From NCBI RefSeq assembly GCF_006345805.1, contig NC_043015.1:34348001-34412000 (forward strand): a DNA stretch of 64,000 nucleotides, read 5' to 3'. The notes under the pieces were generated by a model. It worked only from the letters and a program-made list of their open reading frames with translations, had not been told where the DNA came from and did no database searches. Below, piece after piece: positions 55,456-64,000 of the stretch; position 1 is the first letter of the stretch, and every line of letters begins with the position of its first letter. Source of the DNA: Octopus sinensis. Taxonomy: Eukaryota. A program made the translations under genes and the position numbers.

Positions 55456-57704
55456 TCAAGGCATTGATGGCATCAGTGTTGAGGTGTGATCGTGCTGGAA
55501 ATGTTGGTGACAACGATGATAGAACTATTGTGGTAATGGAAGCGGTAAAAGTGACAAATAGATGCTGGAAGTGATGACAGATGTGTTCTCAGTGAACGAT
55601 TCCTATATAGATGTCTCTCCTCTTTTTCTTCATGTCTGCTGCAGTTATTTAAATTCTTTTCCGCAGAATCTGTTATCTTCTCTCGTTCTCATCTTCTGAG
55701 TTGATTCTGTCTAGAAATTAGTCTGACTTCATGTCTTTGTTACCTGGCCACCATCGGAACAGAACGTGGATGACGGTTTCACAGGTATGTGTGTGTGTGT
55801 GGTATGTGTGTGTGTGTAGTGTGTGTGTGGTGTGTGTGTATATGTCTGTGCATATGTGTATGTCAGTATGTGCATCTGCATGTGCGTGTATGTGTGTGTA
55901 GTTGCAGACAGGGTTTTATAGTAGTAATGATGGTATGGGTGGTGATGATAGTGGTGGTCATCGTAGGAATGACTATGATTGTACATGGATGTGTTACCAG
56001 GTTTAAAGCACTGAGCATTAGAATGCCAATAAAAAAATAATTTATATGGTGAGGATCTTAATATTATTTTAATCACTCCAAAAAATAGGGCAGACAACTC
56101 TGGTCAGGCATTGATATTCTTAGATCTCCTCAGCATATTTACCAAGATAATGATGAAAGAATTGCTATGTACTATATTGGACACAAGCAGGGGAAGAAAA
56201 TTAGGATCATTTTTTAACATTTTATTCTGATTTTTATGCTGGCATGGGTTGAACTTGTCATTGTTCAAGCGAGTTCATATGTAAATGGCTCACTCACGGG
56301 TTCTACTTTTTGGTGTGACTTTTATGGTTGGACTCTTTTCCTAACACCAACACCTTTACAGAGTGTACCGAGTGCATTTTATTGTAGTACCAACCCTAAA
56401 ACGGTTGTTATGTCCTTGAAATGACAAAATTAAAGGATTACCTCAACACTGCATTATCTCCATTCATTTGCCAACCACTTTAAAGAGTGTCTTCAATGCC
56501 TTTTATTATGGCACCAACAGCAGAGAAGTTGTCTTGTACCTTACAAAACGAATGAGAATCTCACTAATCCCCTAATCTCTGTTCATTCAAGGCAACATGG
56601 TTGCATGGGTGGAGAGAAGAAAGAGCAATGATAGAAGGACCAGAAGGAGTGGAGAGTGGGAGCAAGAGTAAATGGGAGGGAGGGAGGGACAGTGACAGAG
56701 AGTAATGAATGAGATGATTGATGGTAAAAGAGAGAGAGAGAGAGAGAGTGATGGATGTTGAAAATTCCCAGGGTGAAGGAAGTGATGATTGGCAGCACAG
56801 TAAAGATGATGTCAGAATGTTTCGGGTAGAGATCGATCTGATGCAACTCTTTAAGCACAGATCTCAAGAGGGATGAGCAAGTAGCATTATAAGGATTGTT
56901 TTATGGAAGGACTGAATATGGATAGATCTAATACCATGTCTAGTTTCATGAGGAGTAGGGTACAGAGGATAGAATTAAAGGTAAATGAAGAGGTGGGGGT
57001 GAGTGATAGAGATGTGGAAAGCATCAAAAGAGTGAGAAGACAACAGATGTATGCTGAACTGATTTTCTCAGCCTCTATCGATACCACCATGTTAACATTG
57101 ATTTCACCATGCTTGTGTGAGTGGGTGAGACCCCTTCACTGCTGCATATCTCTCACCTCCATGGTCCTTTGTCATCTCTTCCATCGAGTTCTACATCATT
57201 AGGTCAATCTTCACAACTTTATCTCATTTAACAGGTTCCATCCAATTTCAACATCCTGTACACCTCATCTGCCAAGCACATCACATATTCATACAAGTGC
57301 AGTTTCTTTCATCCTGTGCCCTATAATCGATTCCTCCCACATCCTGTTTCACTCTCAGCACATTGGTATTTTGCTATCCATCCACACCAACATTATACAC
57401 CCAGCGGAGTACTTTGCTTCGTTTCGGCCTTTTCTTTGCTAATCCAATTTAAGGCCTAAGCATCATTACCACACAGCATTGCACTTCACATACAAGAATA
57501 ATACAATCTCCTCTTTTCTCTAAAAGAGAAAAAGACTTTGTTATGCAAAAATAACATCAACTAGGGATCAAAACAGTGTCACAAATTTGACTCACCAAAG
57601 GAATAACAACAACAACAAAAGAACAATCGAATTATTCATATATATTGGTGGTGGTGGTGGTGGCGGCTGCAGCAGCAGTAGTAGCAGTCGTGGTGGTGGT
57701 GGTG

Positions 57705-57737
<33 letters not shown>

Positions 57738-58531
57738 TGTGTGATTGAAAGCTGCTCATTAGATAATTACACAAACATAGGACAAAATATATTGTCTATC
57801 AGATTCTTATCAATTTTCAGTCACTAATTTAGGTACGATTCCCATCAACACAAATTACTCCACTGCCAAACATGCCACTTTATGATTCTTTCAGCCAACC
57901 AGCATCTCGTGCGAGGCATCATCTCATCCTTTCATATTTCTAGCTGATTTTATCACAGGAGAGATCTTGGCCATTATAGACATAGTTTGCTACAACAACT
58001 AAATAACTGAGATGACATTTGGAGGGAATCTTTTATTCTTCAAAGTTCAATATTGATCTCTTTGTCCAACGATTAGTAGATTAGCTATTGATGTTGTTTA
58101 GCCCTTGGCTTAACCCTGATTGAGTATACTTGTTATTAAAGACATTCCTACCATGAAAACCCTGTTTTCTATTCTGGGTTTTCAGGGACTTCGTTGTCTT
58201 GTTTGCCTTTGATTTTAAGATGGTAAAAATAAAATTTGAGGGAGATTTTGCTGTTATATCTGATAGGTTAAATAATAAATCGATGTTTGCTTGCTGGTTC
58301 ATTAGTGGGCTAATTATGCCCTTATGTAGTGATTCCAATTGTATAATTATAGTTTTGAGTCTGTCCTGAGTAAGACATTAAACTTCTTCCAGTAATGAGG
58401 CTCTGGCTTGAGAGTTCAAGAGTTTTTGGACAGTGGAATTACTTAAGATTGTGTTATAGTTGGAAAGAGCCTGTTTTCAGTGAATGTTGAAGTGGCACCA
58501 AAACTTATGCTGAACTGCTGTGACAGACTCA

Positions 58532-58850
58532 TTATTACCTCAGCCTTAGCGAAGGCAGAGGTATTGTTTTCAGTTGTATTTGTTTGTCTGTGGACATATT
58601 GCAAGAACCACTGGATGGATTCGAATGAAACTTTCAGGGACGTTTGGCATTGTGACTGGCACAAACTGATTAGATTTGAGGATTGATCTGGTACTGGACA
58701 AGGATTCTGGATTGTTTTTCCTGTTTTTTTTTTTTACTTAATTTTTGAGAGCGGTCGGGTTCATTTTTTGTATTTTCGTTTGTGAGAGCAGTCGAGTTTA
58801 TTTCAGATATTTCCATTTTAAAAATCATCTCTGGCTAATCATTGAGAGGA
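58532..58850 (+). mobile_element. Helentron-associated non-autonomous element (HINE/DINE-1-like), 5' part
   Basis: ttattacctcagcctt-agcg-aaggcagaggt terminal hairpin, then tgtttgtctgt microsatellite and ggatggattcgaatgaaacttt core, which is the HINE layout. Confidence 0.6.
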
Positions 58851-58859
58851 CGTTGGAAA

Positions 58860-61800
58860 CAGTGAGCTGACTGGAAGACAGGAAAAGAGTTTGGTTGCAT
58901 CGCGGAGACGTTCATGTGAATTTATCGAGAAAATTGACTTTGACCTTTTCATAACGTTTACATGCAATCCCAACCGGAGGGAGATTACATACGAACTGTA
59001 CCTTGAGAAGGCAAGAGAATTCTGAACTCGAACTTTGCTATGTGGCAACGTCATGCTACTGCCTCTATATCTGGGACGCAGTACGTCCCGGATAAGGATT
59101 AAGAATATCACCCCAGAGGTGGAGGTAGTATGGACCGTTTCCACACACCTCTATAAGAGAGAGGACAAAATAAATATTATTCAGATCTCCAGAGACACCC
59201 CACAGAATTAGCGGAGTCAAACTCTGGAGATCCTAGCACAAACGACAAGTCCGGATTTGGAAGGTCCATCCAAAACGATACACGTAGAGGAGTCAAAATT
59301 ACCCGTCCATGTGGAAGAGAGAAAACCCAGGTTTTTTCATTGTAGAAAAAAGGGCACCTGAGGTCATAATACCCCACAAAAAAAAGCAAACAAGGACTAG
59401 GAAGCCGAGGAGGAGGAGGAAAAGAAAAGCTAAGAGACGGTCCCCCACCCCAGCCAAGGAGTCTGTGACACAGCGAGGTTAGTAAAGACGAATTCAAGGG
59501 GAAAAGTAAAGAGGCGGCACCTCAGGCCAAGGAGGCCATTACACAGCAAACAACCGCCTCCATTAGTGGGGAAAAATGACCCCAAAGGGAAAAGTAAAGA
59601 GGCGGCGCTTCCGGCCAAGAAGGCCATTACACAGCAAGCGACCGCCTCCATTATAGGGAAAACCCCGAGAAACCAGAGTTAGTTTTGACACCGTCTACTG
59701 AAAATATGGACTTCCAGACGGTGTCACGTAAGAGAGCCAAGAGAATGGAGTCGCCCACCAGTACACAGGAGGCGGCTCCAAATACCAAAATAGTCAAGAA
59801 ACCTGAACTGAAGGAAAAAAGAAAAAGAAAGAAAATAAGTTTATGTCGGAGACAATCGATATTCCTGAAAGAGAAGACACTACGACAATCGTTTACAAAA
59901 ACAACAACAAATACCTTGATGGGGTCATTGGGCCTCACCACAAAACGTCTTTATATGTCAACGACAATAAGATGAGTCCAGTAACGTTGGGAAAAATCGC
60001 TCGAAAATTATACAACGAACTCAAAAGTAGACACCCAAAAAAGATAGTGGAACTGAAAGAACTGCCTAAGGTATTTAACGCGACCGTAGAACCATTTTTG
60101 TGTGAAAGAAAGTAGGTGGGGAACTTGTCTCGGAAATACTGAGAATAATCCCCTTCGAAAGATAAACGAGCAGGTAAGCTCGAATGTCTTTCTTTTTCGT
60201 GTTTGACACGACTACACTATGCATTGTGTGTTTAAATGTCCGTGGCCTGGGTTAGAAGAGGAAGCAGGCTTGCCTCCTCGACGACCTCAGGTCACACATA
60301 ATTGATATTATGGTTGCCACAGAGACCAGGCTGGACAAGCTGCAGGCTTTCTCAACTCTCCTGAATGGTTATGAGAAAGTCATGTCTTCAAGCCAGAAGT
60401 GGGGGAGTAGAGGTGTTATAGTTTTGCTCCGGAAAAGCCTGGTCCTGCAGACACGTACGATCTTCGTGGACCCAGAAGGCGAGTCGGTCGTTCTGGATCT
60501 GATATACAGAGGTAAGGCCTTCAGGTTGGTTGGCATCTCTGCACCTAGCATGCTAGGCAAACGGGATGAGTTCTATCGACGCCTGGAGACCTTTGTTGTG
60601 ACATCAAGGACACTAGTTTTCCTAGGTGATTTTAACGCTATTCTGGATGCACGCCTGGATAGCGTAGACTCGCCTCATCGATCTGCTGAAGCGATTTAGG
60701 CTGGCAGATCGATACAGACTTGATAATCCGATCGTTCCAATGTGGACTTGGTCTAATAACGGTGGATCTATCAGGTCTTATATATACAGGATAATATTTA
60801 ATGCTAGAGATGTTTAGTTTAAGCTGTCCACAGTTTACTTATATACGCTACACAGAACACAAATTAGTGACATGTAGGCTTCATATAGATAAGTTTCGTA
60901 GAAAGGGATCTGGCTATTGGAAGTTGAACAAGTCCCTATTGGATTGCGAGACGTACCGTAACCAGATTAAGGTGTTAGTAATGAGTGCACGAACCGGCTC
61001 TGTGATTAACAACCGGTGGTGGATTGCCCTCAAAAGAGCCATTCGACTTGAGTCGATTAGATTTAGCAAGCAGTTAAGTCTAGAGCAGACTAGAGTAGAA
61101 AGGGAATTAGTTAAGGTATTAGAAGAGGCGCTGAGGATGGGCTCTGCACCCCAAGTGTTGGCGGCGAGATCGGTCCTCGACCGACACCTCAATGCCAAAC
61201 ACGAAGGATGCAGAGTCTTGGCTAAAATACATGCACTGGACCGCGAGGCTATCAACGCGTTACTGGGTGCGCTCGCTCGGAAGAAACCCAAAATGGCGTG
61301 GAGGCTACGATGAGGTCTGTGGTAGACGAGCATGGACAGGAGATCCAATGACAAGAAGAGATGTTCAAGGCCTTTTGCGAGCACTTTGCTACGTTGTTCG
61401 GGAGGATCGGGACGCTAGACCATGGGGATGCCCTCCGGCATTTCCTGGCCGGCGGCCCTCGTCTTTCGGCACATAATGCTGAGCGCTGTGAAGGGCCGAT
61501 CACGGTCGAACAGGTTATAGGGGTGCTTTCCGAATACCCCGGGGACAAGTCGCCGGGAATGAATGGTCTACCTTACGAATTTTATAAAAGTATGCCAGAC
61601 TTGTTCGGGGAAAGTACTGTCCAGTGAGTACGCGAATTAGCAGCAGAATGGGGGAATTCCCAAATCTGTGAGCCGAGGAGTGGTTACACTGATCAAGAAG
61701 GACCCGAGCAAGGGGATAACATTAATAATTTTCGTCCAATAACTCTGCTAAACACAGAGTTAAAGATTTTGGCCAAAGTGCTAGCCAAGAGAGTGAGGAT

Positions 61801-62358
61801 TGTCGTGGGTGAACTGGTGGGAGAGGCACAGACATGTGCCATCCCAGGAAGGACGATACATGACAACCTTCATCTCATTCGCTACACCATACAGAGGGTT
61901 GGTAAAGTTCCTGGCAAAGGTGGGGCACTGGTGAATTTAGAGCAGCCTAAGGCATTCGATAGGGTAGAGCATCGGTATCGGTATCTCCGGGCAGTCGGAC
62001 TGGGCTCGACTTTCCGAGGCTGGATCGAAGGTATGTATTGCAACATCGAATCTGCCGTCCGGATGAATGGGTTCTTTTCGAACCATTTCGCGATCGAGCG
62101 TTCGGTTCGCCAGGGCTGCCTCCTGTCCCCGCTGCTATATGTATTGGCTCTTGAGCCACTGCTGCGGAGGTTGGGGACTATGGGGGCAGACCCGCGTGAT
62201 CTCTATTACGATAGAAATGCGACGGCATATGCGGATGATGTTACTATCACCGTGTCTGATGAAGGGCAGCTACCTCGTGTAGAAGACGCCATCAAAGGAT
62301 ACGAAGCGGTGGCAGGGGCAAAAATTAACCAGGAGAAATCAGTCGGCTTGCAACTTGG
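58860..62358 (+). mobile_element. Decayed Tx1/L1-clade LINE: ORF1 remnant, APE endonuclease and RT; 3'-truncated
   Basis: Degenerate zinc knuckle FFHCRK/KGHLRS*YP (59330-59375); APE LNVRGL, FLGDFNAIL and GSGYWKLN; RT KSPGMNGLPYEFY, NFRPITLLN, KAFDRVEH, SVRQGCLLSPLLY and AYADD. Confidence 0.93.
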
Positions 62359-62525
62359 CTGGTTGGCATCTACGCGCTTGGCACGCCAAGCAAACAGGAT
62401 GAGTTCTATCGACGCCTGGAGAACTTTGTTGTGACATCAAGGACACTAGTTTTGCGAGGTGATTATAACGCTATTCTGGATGCACGCCTGGATGGTGTAG
62501 GCCGGAATGTTAGGAATCGTAACCA
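62357..62525 (+). mobile_element. Second Tx1 APE fragment fused after the RT
   Basis: 62357-62500 aligns with 60524-60667, with about 16 mismatches counted by eye. Confidence 0.9.
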
Positions 62526-62848
62526 TGCCTTTCCCGCTTGTTTTTCATGCTCCCTGCGCCCTTGTAGACACAACTCGTCTCGGTAAGATCCTAGGTCGGT
62601 CACGTATACATAGAGAAAGTTGTTCGTCCTCTACAACGCTCCACATGCCTCACTTTAACTCCTGCACATTTCAAGGCATTTAATACCCCAAACACTAGCA
62701 TACAGCCTCAGCCTTGCACCTAGTTACGCACACGTACACCACGATATTATTATGCCTCACTACTTTGTTTCCAACATGTCTGAACCCGCTCAGCTCTTTT
62801 CCCGGCTCGACGAACGCCGGAAGATCACTTGCTCTGCGCCGCTCATGT

Positions 62849-63970
62849 TTAGACATAATTTCCAACTTTTAGACCCTCTATTTGGTCACGTAATAATTCC
62901 GCATCATTCCAACATACTGCACTGTCGTTCTTGCTAACACCCACGACAACAGCACCAGACACATTTTGTTTCTTAAAAAAACCTTCAAGCACTTCACACA
63001 CTGAACGAAGTTCAACGACATCATGGATTGAGAATACACTCGCTCGCTTGAGCCTTATTCTACAATGAATCTTCATAAGTGCACCTGCACCCGTGTATAC
63101 GCCCTCACGCGTACACACGTACTAACTCATTTCCCGTACTACCCAATCACTGCCCATTTTGGCACGCAAAGCAACACCGCGATTCGGACCTATCCGAATA
63201 GAAAATTGTCCCGCATACACGTCAATGATCTTCTCTCCTGATATACAAAATTTTTCCTCAACCATGCATTTCTTTCTCTTTTTTATCTTAGAAGCTCTCT
63301 GGGTGGGGGAGTAGCATAGTGACTTCATTTAGGCATAGAGAAGATTCGAACCTAAATCTGCCAAATTCCCTTAGCATCTCAACAGCACTTTTCTCGCGGA
63401 GAACACTATAGTGACAACAGTTACATTTACCTGGCGGCTTCGCTGAGCCGATTTATGTCTTTGCCACTTGACCCTTCTAACCTCTCGTCTGCGGTAGAGA
63501 AGTGAATTGAGATAACATGGACTCTGCAAAATATCCATTGCTTTGGTTGTTTCTTGTATTCTTATTATGAATTCTAGCAGCCTTCAGGGAGAAGTTAGTG
63601 AGAGTAACTGGCAAAGAGGAGAGTGGCCGGCTCAAACGAAATGTTGTCTCAACTGAAGTAACTTCACAAAGTGACGACTATGGAATTATCCAGCGTAGAA
63701 GTTGTCTCGTTCCATACTCTCTCGTTTTCATTAACTCGAGTTCTTTTCTCTGCAACATTACCATTTCTCTCTCTCTACAAACTTCTGAGATCGTGTACAG
63801 ACAAATACAGGCCGAAATTAACTTTCTTAACCTCGCATGTTTTTCCACTTATATTATTATTATACACACCTGCCCGTCGAAGCATGGCATTATATTAAGT
63901 AACAGTAAATAAAAAATTGGAGTCAACCTCAACTTTGATCACTCTTTCGTTTTCATCAACATCATACACA
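62849..63970 (-). pseudogene. Unidentified decayed reading frame
   Basis: ORFs 63122-63328 and 62849-63118 are in one frame separated by a single TAG. Further stop-poor frames continue toward the window end, and the region is CpG-rich compared with the unique DNA elsewhere in the window. Confidence 0.4.
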
Positions 63971-64000
63971 TACCGTTACAAATGGTAACTTCCGAACCAT

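Overview
Eukaryotic, AT-rich, microsatellite-dense and almost wholly non-coding DNA. The repeat content (tRNA-derived SINEs with an internal CA/TA microsatellite, RTE LINEs with (GAT)n tails, decayed mariner/Tc1 copies) resembles an octopus/coleoid cephalopod genome; this is inferred from recall, not a search. No intact host gene is evident; there is one weak 138-nt exon candidate at 43826-43963 (-). Most listed ORFs are microsatellite artefacts. Recognisable elements are RTE, Dong/R4 and Tx1/L1 LINE remnants, two related Penelope-like (GIY-YIG) 3' fragments, several Tc1/mariner remnants, a hAT MITE with an 8-bp TSD, a Helitron 3' end, a Helentron-like HINE and a 59-bp minisatellite. The main finding is six candidate type I hammerhead ribozyme motifs in short non-coding elements next to (TA)n/(CA)n tracts. 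One has a swapped G3:C8 core pair, one has an ~85-nt stem II, and two sit in long inverted repeats, pointing to a Penelope pLTR/retrozyme-like system. A second lead is a decayed, unidentified minus-strand reading frame fused to a rearranged Tx1 LINE at the right end. All alignments and folds were done by eye, and element boundaries are approximate unless a TSD or TIR is quoted.
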